From contig JAQBBE010000313.1 in the NCBI GenBank assembly GCA_032126435.1, positions 1-42,624 of the forward strand: a DNA stretch of 42,624 bases. The letters run 5' to 3'. Shown one piece after another: positions 1 through 8,700 of the stretch; the stretch's first letter is position 1, and each line of letters begins with the position of its first letter. Both the position numbers and the translations under genes were made by a program. This DNA comes from Desulfobacterales bacterium (GTDB lineage Bacteria > Desulfobacterota > Desulfobacteria > Desulfobacterales > UBA11574). The notes beneath the pieces are model-generated. The model did not search any database and was not told where the DNA came from. It worked only from the letters and a program-made list of their open reading frames with translations.

Positions 1-129
1 GATGCTGCCGGTGCATCCTCGCTCCGTCCGATCTTCTTTTCTTTTTTACGGGAGACTCGCCGATGAAGGGAACTATCCTTTTGTTTTTTTGGGTTAATTT
101 TATTGATTAGATCTCGCAATCAAAATGCT

Positions 130-166
130 AAGGGCACGCCATCATAATCCATGGGATGCCCTTTTT
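130..166 (+). terminator. putative intrinsic terminator
   Basis: Hairpin AAGGGCA (130-136) / TGCCCTT (157-163) with inner CCAT/ATGG pairing, followed by a T-run to 166. It would end a + strand transcript entering from the left edge. Confidence 0.4.
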
Positions 167-173
167 ATCTATA

Positions 174-312
174 AGCCATCTCAAAAATGCATCTAACGCC
201 CAATGGCTGCGTTCCATGCCTCCTTAAAATGCTCACATACTACAAGGTATGCTCCGCTTTTTCGTCGTTCGCGCCTTACCCTTGAGCGTAACCCACTATT
301 TTTGAGATAGCT
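174..312. repeat. ~139-bp element bounded by 15-bp terminal inverted repeats
   Basis: AGCCATCTCAAAAAT (174-188) versus the reverse complement of ATTTTTGAGATAGCT (298-312) matches 14 of 15 positions. It is non-coding and lies directly downstream of the nif3 stop. Confidence 0.5.
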
Positions 313-316
313 TCAA

Positions 317-1435
317 TTATAATATCATAAAAGGGTCATTTTCAAGTCTATAGGCTTCAACTGTTACATCAATTCCGGTTTCAGACAAAAACTTTTTAAG
401 CCGATTTGTAAGTACATCAACGATCAGATGCTCTGATGCAAAATGTCCGATGTCGATGAGTCCTAAGTTTGCTGCTTCTATCGTTCTTGCCGCATGATAC
501 CCCAAATCTCCACTAATATAAACGTGTGCTTCAGACGCAATAAAGTCGTTCAGCAAGCTGGAACCGCTCCCGGTACACACAGCTGCTGTTTTTACTTCCA
601 ATTCATGGTTTCCAGCGACTTTTATGGAATTAAGGTCCAATTTCTTCTTGATGGACAGCGCAAAAGAAAGGAGGTCCATTTTTTTATCAAGCACGCCGAT
701 GCGTCCAGTACCGTGCTGGTTCTCAGCTGTAAATAGCGGATAAATATCGTAGGCCATGGTCTCATAAGGATGGTGTCTCCGAATATGTTCAACAATTCGA
801 CTTAGATCATTGTTTCGAACACGTGTTTCGATTCTCACCTCATCCACATGGGAAATTTCACCGATTTTGCCGGAGAAGGGCTTTGATGAAGTGTCCGGCT
901 TAAAAGTGCCTTTACCTTTACTTCTGAAAGAGCAGCCGGTATAGGAACCGATTTCACCGGCATTGGATTCAAAAAGTGCCCCCAAAATGCCCTTCTCATA
1001 CCCCACCGGCACATATACAACCAGCTTATACGTTTCAGCTTGTCCGGATTTTCTCAGAACTTTCAGGTCTTCGAGCCCTATCCGGCGTGCCAGGGCGTCG
1101 TTTAGCCCGTCGTTTACATTGTCAAAATTGGTATGGGCTGAAAATATTGCCATCTGGGCCTGAAGTGCCGTTTGGATGATGGATCCTTCCGGCCTTTCAA
1201 GCTGGATAGATCTTAAAGGCTGAAATATCAGGGGGTGGTGTGTGATTAAAAGGTCGACACCGTTTCTACATGCATCACCCACCACCTGAGGTGTAGGGTC
1301 CAGAGCAACCCAGATGGTTCGGACCGGCCAGTTCTTTTGTCCAATCTGAAGCCCCACATTGTCCCATTCTTCTGCCAACCAGCTTGGCGCGATGGTTTCC
1401 ATTGCCTTGATGATATCAGCGATCGTAGCTTCCAT
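317..1435 (-). CDS. Nif3-like dinuclear metal centre protein (YbgI / GTP cyclohydrolase 1 type 2 homolog family)
   Basis: 372-aa ORF. The N-terminus ...APSWLAEEWDNVGLQIGQ..., LLITHHPLIF and the C-terminal GHFASEH are typical of NIF3. The length fits the long form with a central insert domain. Confidence 0.9.
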   Translation of the reverse strand: MEATIADIIKAMETIAPSWLAEEWDNVGLQIGQKNWPVRTIWVALDPTPQVVGDACRNGVDLLITHHPLIFQPLRSIQLERPEGSIIQTALQAQMAIFSAHTNFDNVNDGLNDALARRIGLEDLKVLRKSGQAETYKLVVYVPVGYEKGILGALFESNAGEIGSYTGCSFRSKGKGTFKPDTSSKPFSGKIGEISHVDEVRIETRVRNNDLSRIVEHIRRHHPYETMAYDIYPLFTAENQHGTGRIGVLDKKMDLLSFALSIKKKLDLNSIKVAGNHELEVKTAAVCTGSGSSLLNDFIASEAHVYISGDLGYHAARTIEAANLGLIDIGHFASEHLIVDVLTNRLKKFLSETGIDVTVEAYRLENDPFMIL

Positions 1436-1520
1436 AATATTTTACCAACTCATATCGATAAAATAAAACCAAAATTTTGTTTATGCAAGATTCGGAAAAA
1501 TGTCTGTCATTCGTATTTCG

Positions 1521-1555
1521 CAAAAAAGGCGTGGTCATTTTTATAACCACGCCTT
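1521..1555 (-). terminator. rho-independent terminator after tRNA(CAT)
   Basis: Perfect 10-bp stem AAGGCGTGGT (1526-1535) / ACCACGCCTT (1546-1555) with a 10-nt loop. Read on the minus strand it is followed by TTTTTTG (1521-1527). Confidence 0.7.
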
Positions 1556-1728
1556 AACTTCTTCATAACCTTTAATTCCCACATCTCATGAGCGATACCG
1601 TAAGGAATAAACAGAGTAAGGGGCAAGATCTACACGTCTTACAGGTCTATAGAATATGCAAGACCATACGATATTAATACAAGAAAGTGTTAAGCGGGTG
1701 GACCTTGTCCCCATCGTCGACAAACTGA

Positions 1729-1801
1729 TGGGCCCACCTGGGATCGAACCAGGGACCGACCGGTTATGAGCCGGTGGCTCTGCCAGCTGAGCTATGGGCC
1801 C
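1729..1801 (-). tRNA. tRNA with anticodon CAT (elongator Met or lysidine-type Ile2)
   Basis: The reverse complement folds as a 73-nt cloverleaf: GGGCCCA TA GCTC AGCTGGCA GAGC C ACCGG CTCATAA CCGGT CGGTC CCTGG TTCGATC CCAGG TGGGCCC A. G1:C72 is paired, so it is not an initiator. C4:G69 and C5:G68 resemble E. coli tRNA-Ile2, so Met versus Ile2 is unresolved. No CCA is encoded. Confidence 0.9.
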
Positions 1802-1903
1802 ACAAATCAATACAAGAGTAAATTACCTACCCCCATAAAAATTTTTTGTCAAGCTCTTATCGATAACACTAAAACGACATTTTCGCAATGCAACATTGCA
1901 AAA

Positions 1904-3667
1904 TCATTGTGTCTGTTCGATAAAACTTTTCAGTTTACGGCTTCTGGTGGGGTGTCTAAGTTTTCTCAAAGCTTTTGCTTCTATCTGCCTGATCCTTTCG
2001 CGGGTTACGGTAAAATCCTGCCCGACCTCTTCGAGGGTATGGTCAGCCTTTTCGCCGATCCCAAAGCGCATGCGCAACACCTTCTCCTCGCGTGGCGTCA
2101 ATGTTGCAAGAACCTTTCGAGTCTGTTCGGCAAGATTAAGACTTACAGCAGCATCTGAAGGTAACATGAATTTCTTATCTTCAATAAAATCACCCAGGTG
2201 GCTATCCTCTTCTTCCCCGATAGGGGTCTCCAAAGAAATAGGTTCTCTTGCAATTTTTAAAACTTTGCGCACCTTGACCAAAGGGACCTCCATTTTTTCC
2301 GCGATCTCCTCAGGCGTCGGCTCTCTTCCAAGCTCCTGCACAAGGTACCTGGATGTACGAATAAGCTTATTGATGGTTTCGATCATATGAACCGGAATTC
2401 GAATGGTCCTTGCCTGATCTGCAATGGCTCTTGTAATGGCCTGTCGTATCCACCAAGTGGCATACGTGCTGAATTTATATCCACGCCGATATTCGAATTT
2501 GTCTACCGCCTTCATAAGGCCGATATTCCCTTCCTGAATCAAATCTAGAAATTGCAGCCCTCTGTTGGTATATTTTTTGGCGATACTGACCACAAGGCGC
2601 AAATTGGCCTTGGTCAGTTCACTTTTGGAAGCTTTTGCGATATAGCGCCCTTCATCAACATTGGACATAATCCTTTTTAAGGAGCGACTTCCGGCCTTAA
2701 TAGCATGTTCTTGTTCTGCAATCTGATCTTTGATTCTCTCGAACTCGGTAAAAAGTAGATCAATCTCCTCTTTTGTCAGATCACAACGGGGACTGATCCA
2801 TGCAGAAAACTTTTTTTTGGTTGTGAGATTGGCACGAAGATCTTTAACGGATGTGCCCAGCTTATCCGCGCACATCAGGATCATTTTATTTCTGGAATCG
2901 AACCATTCGATATCCTCTCTGATCAGCTTTTCAATTTTATCTAACACAACATTTTCAAAACGCCAATCTTTTAGCAGTTCGAAAATCTTTTTGTTTCTTC
3001 GAGTGACACATCTTCGGATACGACGCTGTTCATCAGGATCGAGATTGGATAAAAAAAGTTTCTCCCTGAACACCTCGATTTCTTCATGAACCGACTGAAT
3101 CTCATGTATTGTTTTTAATAAATTATCGATCTGGAGCGCTTCATCAACATAAGTGTCCTCATCGTCCATTTCTCGGACATCTCTCAATACCTGCTTGAGT
3201 CGCAGCTCTCCACATTTTATTTGTCTCCCAAGTTCCAAAATACAATTTACACCAACGGTGGTGTCTATTAACGCCCTTAAAACTTCCCGTTCACCGGCTT
3301 CAATCTCCTTGGCGATGACAACCTCACCTTCTCTGCTTAGCAGGGTCACCAATCCCATTTCTCGTAAATACATTTTAACAGGATCCGTTACTGATCCAAA
3401 ATCAGGGGCAGACGTGTCCGAAACCTTCATTTTTCTTACGGCGGGCAGCTTATTCTTTTTCTCGTCGATGATTTCAATATTGAGCTCGTTAAACATTATG
3501 AGCGTTTCATCGATTTGTTCCAGTGAAACCATGTTCTCTGGAAGCGCCTTGTTAATTTCATCATACGTTAAAAAACCCTTTTGTTTTCCTTTTGAAATCA
3601 GCTTCTCCAGGGTTTTCGGGGTTATATTCTTTCTTTTTTTTGTTTTTTTAGCGGCTTTTTTTGCCAT
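1904..3667 (-). CDS. rpoD: RNA polymerase sigma factor RpoD (sigma-70)
   Basis: 587 aa. It has a basic N-terminus, region 2 [27 protein letters not shown] and region 4.2 [30 protein letters not shown]. Confidence 0.97.
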   Translation of the reverse strand: MAKKAAKKTKKRKNITPKTLEKLISKGKQKGFLTYDEINKALPENMVSLEQIDETLIMFNELNIEIIDEKKNKLPAVRKMKVSDTSAPDFGSVTDPVKMYLREMGLVTLLSREGEVVIAKEIEAGEREVLRALIDTTVGVNCILELGRQIKCGELRLKQVLRDVREMDDEDTYVDEALQIDNLLKTIHEIQSVHEEIEVFREKLFLSNLDPDEQRRIRRCVTRRNKKIFELLKDWRFENVVLDKIEKLIREDIEWFDSRNKMILMCADKLGTSVKDLRANLTTKKKFSAWISPRCDLTKEEIDLLFTEFERIKDQIAEQEHAIKAGSRSLKRIMSNVDEGRYIAKASKSELTKANLRLVVSIAKKYTNRGLQFLDLIQEGNIGLMKAVDKFEYRRGYKFSTYATWWIRQAITRAIADQARTIRIPVHMIETINKLIRTSRYLVQELGREPTPEEIAEKMEVPLVKVRKVLKIAREPISLETPIGEEEDSHLGDFIEDKKFMLPSDAAVSLNLAEQTRKVLATLTPREEKVLRMRFGIGEKADHTLEEVGQDFTVTRERIRQIEAKALRKLRHPTRSRKLKSFIEQTQ

Positions 3668-3706
3668 GTAGCTGAGCCTCCCTTGGACGCCAGTGAGTTA
3701 CTTTTT

Positions 3707-5500
3707 TTATTTCAACAGCGCCATCTTCTTTTTTTCAGCGAGCACTGCCATCTTTTGTTTTTTATTCAACAACTTCAGAAGCAATTCGGTATCATTCCTT
3801 GCTTCTGCTTCTTTTATTTTTTCGATCAACAAATTTTTATTTTTATTTCGTATCGATTCAAACCGGGTTATAATCCCAAGGCATGCCTCATGATTCCAAA
3901 CATCCTCTCCTATCGCCAGAGAGGATACCAAGTTCTTTTGGGCTTTATTGTCAATTAAATCAATCAGATCAGACACCCGTATTTCAGAGCGATCTTTATT
4001 CTTCAGGATCGTTTGTCCAATGGATCTTAAGTCGTTATCTTCAAAAAGGTCGAGTATATTACGCTCGGCGATTTCTGAAAATATTTGTGGAAATTCCAGC
4101 ATCATTGTGATGATCTGCCGCTCCATTCGATCCCACTTGCTTTTCAGAACTTTTCCCTGATCCTTAAAAGGAGCACCCTTCCGAACCGTTATTTTTCGAA
4201 CCCTTTCCAGAACAGCAGACTCATCGATGTTGATACGCTCGGCAAGATCTTTGATGTATAAAGATCTTGCCACGCTATCATTAATAGATGCCAGAGGTTC
4301 TTTCAACTCTGAAATCACACGGATTTTTCCTTCATTGGAAAGTCCGTGCTTCTTAACCGCAGAGTTCATGAGAAAAGAAATGATACCCTGTGCTTGGGAA
4401 ACAAGATCCAGAAACGCGTCGACTCCGAATTCGAATAGATATGAATCCGGATCATATCCCTCAGGTAAAACAAGAATCTGAGCATCAATATATCCTTTGT
4501 CAAATACCTCTATGCTTCTTTTGGCTGCCTTGATGCCGGCATCGTCTGAATCAAAGACAAGTATGACGTTACCACCCTTTCCGATAAATCCTCTAAGAAT
4601 CTGAATATGTTCGGCTGTTATCGCTGTCCCTAAAGTTGCGACGGAATTCTGAATGCCGTGCTGATGCAGAGCCAATAGATCAAAATAACCCTCAACGATG
4701 TAAACCGCTTCACTCTGTCGACATTTTAATTTAGCCAGATGCAGACCGTACAACGAGCTGCTTTTGTTATATAATAGTGTTTCCGGCGAGTTAAGATATT
4801 TCGGCATGGAATCATCGAGGACCCGGCCCCCGAATCCAATTACATGCATATTTGATCCGAAAATCGGAAAGATGATACGTCCTCTAAAACGATCGTAAAA
4901 ACCATCTTGGTTTTTCCTTTGAACAATCAATCCGGATTTTTCAACCGTGCTCGACGGAATCCCCTTTTTCGAGAAATAGTTTAACAGATGATCCCAGCCT
5001 TCCTGCGCATATCCAAGACAAAAGGTGTCGATGATTTCTCTGCTCAACCCTCGTTTCTTAAGATAGGTCATCGCTCGCTTTCCCGAAGGCCTTCCAAGCA
5101 ACTCTTGGTGATAAAAATCCATCGCTTGTCTATTCACAGACAGCATGTCTTCCCTTTCATCGATCCGCCTTTTTTGTTCCGGAGACAGGGTTCGAGTGGG
5201 GATATGGATTCCATATCTTCTGGCGAGCATCAACGCCGCATCGGGAAATAAAATACCATCGCGCTTCATAATAAAACTAAAAACATTTCCGCCGGTGGCA
5301 CAACCGAAGCAATAAAATATCTGTTTTTGAGGACTTACGGTAAAAGAAGGGGTTTTTTCCGAATGAAAAGGACAGAGACCAACGAAGTTTCTCCCGGCCT
5401 TTTTCAGATATACGACGTCCGAAACGACTTCCACAATATCCGCCGCATTTTTAATTTCTAAAACTTTATCTTCAGGAATATAAACTGCCAAAAAGACCAA
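3707..5500 (-). CDS. dnaG: DNA primase DnaG
   Basis: CHC2 zinc finger CPFHSEKTPSFTVSPQKQIFYCFGCATGG and TOPRIM motifs YIVEGYFDLLALHQHG / LVFDSDDAG. The track start (TTG at 5500) abuts the GGAGG, so TTG at 5491 (MAVYIPEDK...) with a 9-nt spacing is the more likely start. Confidence 0.95.
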   Translation of the reverse strand: MVFLAVYIPEDKVLEIKNAADIVEVVSDVVYLKKAGRNFVGLCPFHSEKTPSFTVSPQKQIFYCFGCATGGNVFSFIMKRDGILFPDAALMLARRYGIHIPTRTLSPEQKRRIDEREDMLSVNRQAMDFYHQELLGRPSGKRAMTYLKKRGLSREIIDTFCLGYAQEGWDHLLNYFSKKGIPSSTVEKSGLIVQRKNQDGFYDRFRGRIIFPIFGSNMHVIGFGGRVLDDSMPKYLNSPETLLYNKSSSLYGLHLAKLKCRQSEAVYIVEGYFDLLALHQHGIQNSVATLGTAITAEHIQILRGFIGKGGNVILVFDSDDAGIKAAKRSIEVFDKGYIDAQILVLPEGYDPDSYLFEFGVDAFLDLVSQAQGIISFLMNSAVKKHGLSNEGKIRVISELKEPLASINDSVARSLYIKDLAERINIDESAVLERVRKITVRKGAPFKDQGKVLKSKWDRMERQIITMMLEFPQIFSEIAERNILDLFEDNDLRSIGQTILKNKDRSEIRVSDLIDLIDNKAQKNLVSSLAIGEDVWNHEACLGIITRFESIRNKNKNLLIEKIKEAEARNDTELLLKLLNKKQKMAVLAEKKKMALLK

Positions 5501-5670
5501 CCTCCATCAATAAATGGAATGACTGACAAATCCGGAACTGATCATGATGGGAGGACTTAAATAGGATGAAGTCTTATAACTTTAATTATGTGCTCAGGTT
5601 GATATATTTGAAGATCATTATCTTTTTTAGGGACAAGTCTCATTGAAAAGCCAATCTTTGACAAATTTCT

Positions 5671-5689
5671 AAAAAGTCTTTTACGAGCC
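5671..5689. repeat. partial copy of the AAAAAGTC..TTTACGAG dispersed repeat
   Basis: AAAAAGTCTTTTACGAGCC resembles the arms of the elements at 19245-19322 and 40008-40057. Confidence 0.4.
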
Positions 5690-5773
5690 AAAGCGTCAAA
5701 TATATTCACGGATCAAGAAAAAATAACTTTCCACCGAACAGCATCTATTAAACCCTTAATATTTTAACCTGAA

Positions 5774-5802
5774 ATAGTAACTATTAAAATTTGTTTTGTC
5801 AA
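5774..5802 (-). promoter_or_regulatory. sigma-70-like promoter candidate for dnaG-rpoD
   Basis: On the minus strand: TTGACA (5797-5802), 17-nt spacer, TACTAT (5774-5779). This is a sequence match only. Confidence 0.35.
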
Positions 5803-5845
5803 GAATTTAGTCGTTAAAATCTACTCAACATATTGACCATGCGCG

Positions 5846-6577
5846 TTATTTTTGTTTTTTTAGAACCTCGATGGCTTCCTTAAGCTTCAAGCTGCCGCTG
5901 TAGAGTGCCCTGCCGATAATAACGCCGACAACTCCGATGGTTTCTAACGGTATTAGATTTTGAATATCTTCTATGGATGAAATGCCGCCCGAAGCAACCA
6001 CCGGTATGTTAACAGCTTCCGCCAATCTCCGGGTTTCCTCGATGTTCGGTCCTGTCTGCATTCCGTCTCTATGAATATCCGTAAAATTGATGGCGGCGAC
6101 GCCGCTGTCTTCGAACTGGATTGCAAGATCGACAGCTTTGATTTGAGTTGTCTTTGTCCATCCTTCAATTGCAACCCATCCGTTTCGGGCATCGATCCCT
6201 ACAACAATTTGTCCAGGAAATTCTTTGCATGCATCCTTAACGAGTTTCGGATTTCGAATGGCCTCGGTACCCATAACAACCCTTTTGACCCCGATTTCGA
6301 GGAACATCCTGATGGTTCTTTCGTTCCGGATTCCACCCCCAACCTGTATATGGGCATCGACACTATTTATGATTTTTCTTATTGAACCGAGATTTTGAGG
6401 ACTTTTTTCAATTGCCCCGTCGAGATCGACAACATGAATAAATTCAGCACCTTCATCCTCCCATCTCTTCGCCATGGCGGCGGGATCATCGGAAAAAACG
6501 GTTTCTGAATCCATTCTTCCCTGAAAAAGCCGCACACATTTTCCATTTTTTATATCGACTGCAGGTATAACATCCAT
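5846..6577 (-). CDS. hisA: ProFAR isomerase HisA
   Basis: MDVIPAVDIKNGKCVRLFQG..., VGGGIR, ASGGISSIEDI. The track ORF (to 6769) is over-extended. ATG at 6577 gives the canonical 243-aa protein, and the extension overlaps the upstream lipoprotein gene. Confidence 0.93.
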   Translation of the reverse strand: MDVIPAVDIKNGKCVRLFQGRMDSETVFSDDPAAMAKRWEDEGAEFIHVVDLDGAIEKSPQNLGSIRKIINSVDAHIQVGGGIRNERTIRMFLEIGVKRVVMGTEAIRNPKLVKDACKEFPGQIVVGIDARNGWVAIEGWTKTTQIKAVDLAIQFEDSGVAAINFTDIHRDGMQTGPNIEETRRLAEAVNIPVVASGGISSIEDIQNLIPLETIGVVGVIIGRALYSGSLKLKEAIEVLKKQK

Positions 6578-6581
6578 AGTT

Positions 6582-7298
6582 TTATTGATTCGATAAGCCT
6601 TTGGCTGAAACGGGAAAGGTGTTAAGCACACCTTCAAGACCGGATACGGCCAACTCCTGTGCCGTAATCCATCTGCCCCCTCTGCGTAAAAAGGTGCCCA
6701 GTTGATAAAGATCTTCAAACAGTGACTGTTGCGTTTCATCAAAGTTGCCGCCCCACAACAACCGCCCATCCCTCACACCGATAAGATGGATATCAAATGC
6801 CACAGAAGCGGGAACCTCGACGGAATATTTCGTACCGATGCGTTCCCTGAAACGAAATAGATGCCCAACGATTACGGCATCGGCACCCAGATCGCGTCCT
6901 GTTTCGATCCATAAATCTTGTTCTGACAAGGCATTTTTACTTTCTGCCTGAAAGTCTGACATAACTCCCCGGGGCTGACTGGCGGGTATGAATTCAATAT
7001 CTTTTCGTTCCTTTAGTAAAATGAACACCTGATCCGTCAAGATGCGGGAAGCGCTTTCAGTTACCGGGCCGGTCATAAACACTTTGCCGCAGACCGGACA
7101 ACGGGCATCAACATTTTGTCCATACACTCCGGCCATATCTTCAAAAGGAAAAATCAGAATTTTTTTTACCTCAAACGGCAGGGGGGGCCGATCTTTAACG
7201 ACGGTATTGTTTGCACATGCCGATACAAGAAGCATAAGCGCAAAAAGAAAAGCGCTAAGCAATTTCGGTTTTTTTTCCGGGTCGGTTTTTTTAAGCAT
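6582..7298 (-). CDS. hypothetical lipoprotein
   Basis: Signal peptide with lipobox LLVSAC, one CPVCG motif, and a ...LGADAVIVGHLFRF... segment reminiscent of LpoB/DUF799-type outer-membrane lipoproteins (weak, by eye). Its stop lies 4 nt before the hisA ATG. Confidence 0.75.
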   Translation of the reverse strand: MLKKTDPEKKPKLLSAFLFALMLLVSACANNTVVKDRPPLPFEVKKILIFPFEDMAGVYGQNVDARCPVCGKVFMTGPVTESASRILTDQVFILLKERKDIEFIPASQPRGVMSDFQAESKNALSEQDLWIETGRDLGADAVIVGHLFRFRERIGTKYSVEVPASVAFDIHLIGVRDGRLLWGGNFDETQQSLFEDLYQLGTFLRRGGRWITAQELAVSGLEGVLNTFPVSAKGLSNQ

Positions 7299-7358
7299 GA
7301 CGTCTTTTGAGGGTGATTCCTTTACCAGAACTTCTTACTATTGAGGGAATTTTTAGAT

Positions 7359-7946
7359 TTACAATGTGCCCTTTGATGAATGAATATCTTTAATCCGCAC
7401 ATCAATAGAAACGGCCTGATCCAGAGCCCTTCCGGCAGCTTTAAAAATCGATTCATTAATATGATGCTCATTTTCACCGTAAAAAACATTGACATGAAGA
7501 TTCATCCCGCATCGGTTTGAAAATGCTCTTAAAAATTCTTTGGTCAGAGCGGTGAACGTATTTCCGTCAATGTTCGTTTTTGGAGGGACATTGCAAACCA
7601 GAAAAGGACGTTTTGACAAATCAACGGCAACAGAAGCAAGTGCATCATCCATGGGTATAACAGCATGACCAAATCGCTGGATGCCTTTTCTGTCTCCTAA
7701 AGCCATGTTAAAAGCATCCCCAAGGACAAGCCCGGAATCTTCTATTGTGTGATGATAATCGACATCAATGTCTCCCGTTGCATCAACGGAGAGGTCAAAA
7801 AAACCGTGAACTGCAAAAAGTGTCAGCATATGATCATAAAAAGGTATGCCTGTAGATATCTTGACTTTTCCACTTCCGTCCAGATTTAGCTTCACACAAA
7901 TTTGGGTTTCTTTGGTATCCCGTTTAATTTCAGCCGTCCGTTCCAT
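7359..7946 (-). CDS. hisB: imidazoleglycerol-phosphate dehydratase HisB
   Basis: 195 aa with RDTKETQI, HHTIEDSGLVLG and GENEHHINESIFKAAGRAL. Confidence 0.96.
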   Translation of the reverse strand: MERTAEIKRDTKETQICVKLNLDGSGKVKISTGIPFYDHMLTLFAVHGFFDLSVDATGDIDVDYHHTIEDSGLVLGDAFNMALGDRKGIQRFGHAVIPMDDALASVAVDLSKRPFLVCNVPPKTNIDGNTFTALTKEFLRAFSNRCGMNLHVNVFYGENEHHINESIFKAAGRALDQAVSIDVRIKDIHSSKGTL

Positions 7947-8148
7947 AATATAATTGATCCTTATTTTTTAAGAGTCGTCACCTTGACTGGATTTTACAGT
8001 AATATCACAACGGATCGCAAATAAAATTATCTCCATTGGGGTTGTGGTAAAATTTGATGTAAGAAATACCGATTCACCATCCAACGTTCTTATACTATAA
8101 CAGTTTCACAAAAAAAAACAACTGATCAATTAAAAAGATCTCATCGAC

Positions 8149-8185
8149 AAAAAAATAAGGACCTGGAGATAGAACCTCCAAGTCC
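8149..8185 (-). terminator. rho-independent terminator after tRNA-Ala
   Basis: Minus strand: GGACTTGGAG-gttctat-CTCCAGGTCC (10-bp stem with one G-U pair), then TTATTTTTTT. Confidence 0.7.
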
Positions 8186-8200
8186 TCGATTTTCTCGGTA

Positions 8201-8273
8201 TGGAGATGAAGGGATTTGAACCCTCGACCTCGGCGTTGCGAACGCCGCGCTCTCCCAACTGAGCTACATCCCC
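8201..8273 (-). tRNA. tRNA-Ala (anticodon CGC)
   Basis: The reverse complement is GGGGATG TA GCTC AGTTGGGA GAGC G CGGCG TTCGCAA CGCCG AGGTC GAGGG TTCAAAT CCCTT CATCTCC A. The G3:U70 alanine identity pair is present. No CCA is encoded. Confidence 0.95.
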
Positions 8274-8410
8274 ACAGGATATTTTGTGGACCATATCAAT
8301 TTGAAAGAATGCAGTCAATTCAAAAATTTCGGCAAAAAAACCTTCCGGCAAACTGAACGGCCAAAAATAATTGACCCGCAGGGTTAATGTTTAATATAAG
8401 TACATAGGTT

Positions 8411-8598
8411 GAGCGGTTCAGGGTTCAGGGTTGGAAAAACCTCAAACAGGTTGCGTCAATGTGATGCCGGCTTCATCGTGGTTTCAAAACCGTTCCACTC
8501 AATAGGTTATGGCAGGTATTTCGGATTTTGATTAATATTTTGGCCAGTTTCAATTGGTTGAAACCCTTGAACTTTGAACCCAGAACCTGGAACCGATC
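8411..8598. repeat. imperfect inverted repeat of GGTTCAGGG-type arms
   Basis: The left arm CGGTTCAGGGTTCAGGGTT (8414-8432) matches the reverse complement of the right arm (within 8573-8597: CGGTTCCAGGTTCTGGGTT) at 16 of 19 positions. The arms are about 140 nt apart. Confidence 0.5.
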
Positions 8599-8700
8599 AG
8601 TTTAGGGTATGCGCTCGCCCTGATGAATCCCCGAAATTCAACTGTTCGAGCGGTTGCAATTTAAAATATCCGGACCAAAATCTTCAAAAAAGGATAAACT

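Noticed and set aside
1-94. A possible 3' end of a + strand gene at the left edge (frame-2 ORF MLPVHPRSVRSSFLFYGRLADEGNYPFVFLG*).
   Set aside because: It is too short, has no recognisable motif and has an odd composition. Only the downstream hairpin/T-run (130-166) hints at a + strand transcript.
1586-1810. Track ORFs overlapping the tRNAs (74 aa at 1586-1810 and 73 aa at 8130-8351).
   Set aside because: These sequences fold into canonical tRNA cloverleaves, so the ORFs are artefacts.
1896-3671. Long antisense ORFs inside rpoD (164 aa at 1896-2390, 119 aa at 2730-3089, 172 aa at 3153-3671), plus similar ones inside lon, recC, the histidine kinase and the GMC gene.
   Set aside because: They lie entirely opposite well-supported genes, have low-complexity Ser/Leu/Arg-rich composition and no recognisable motifs or ribosome-binding sites. 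This is the expected shadow-ORF artefact.
5846-6769. N-terminally extended track ORFs: hisA to 6769, asd to 24942, tsaB to 28474, the ABC ATPase to 33754, yqgE to 15131, the ParA-like gene to 11449 and the binding protein from 40212.
   Set aside because: In each case an internal ATG restores the canonical family N-terminus. That ATG either has a proper Shine-Dalgarno sequence or overlaps the upstream stop codon. The extensions overlap neighbouring genes or, for the binding protein, a terminator.
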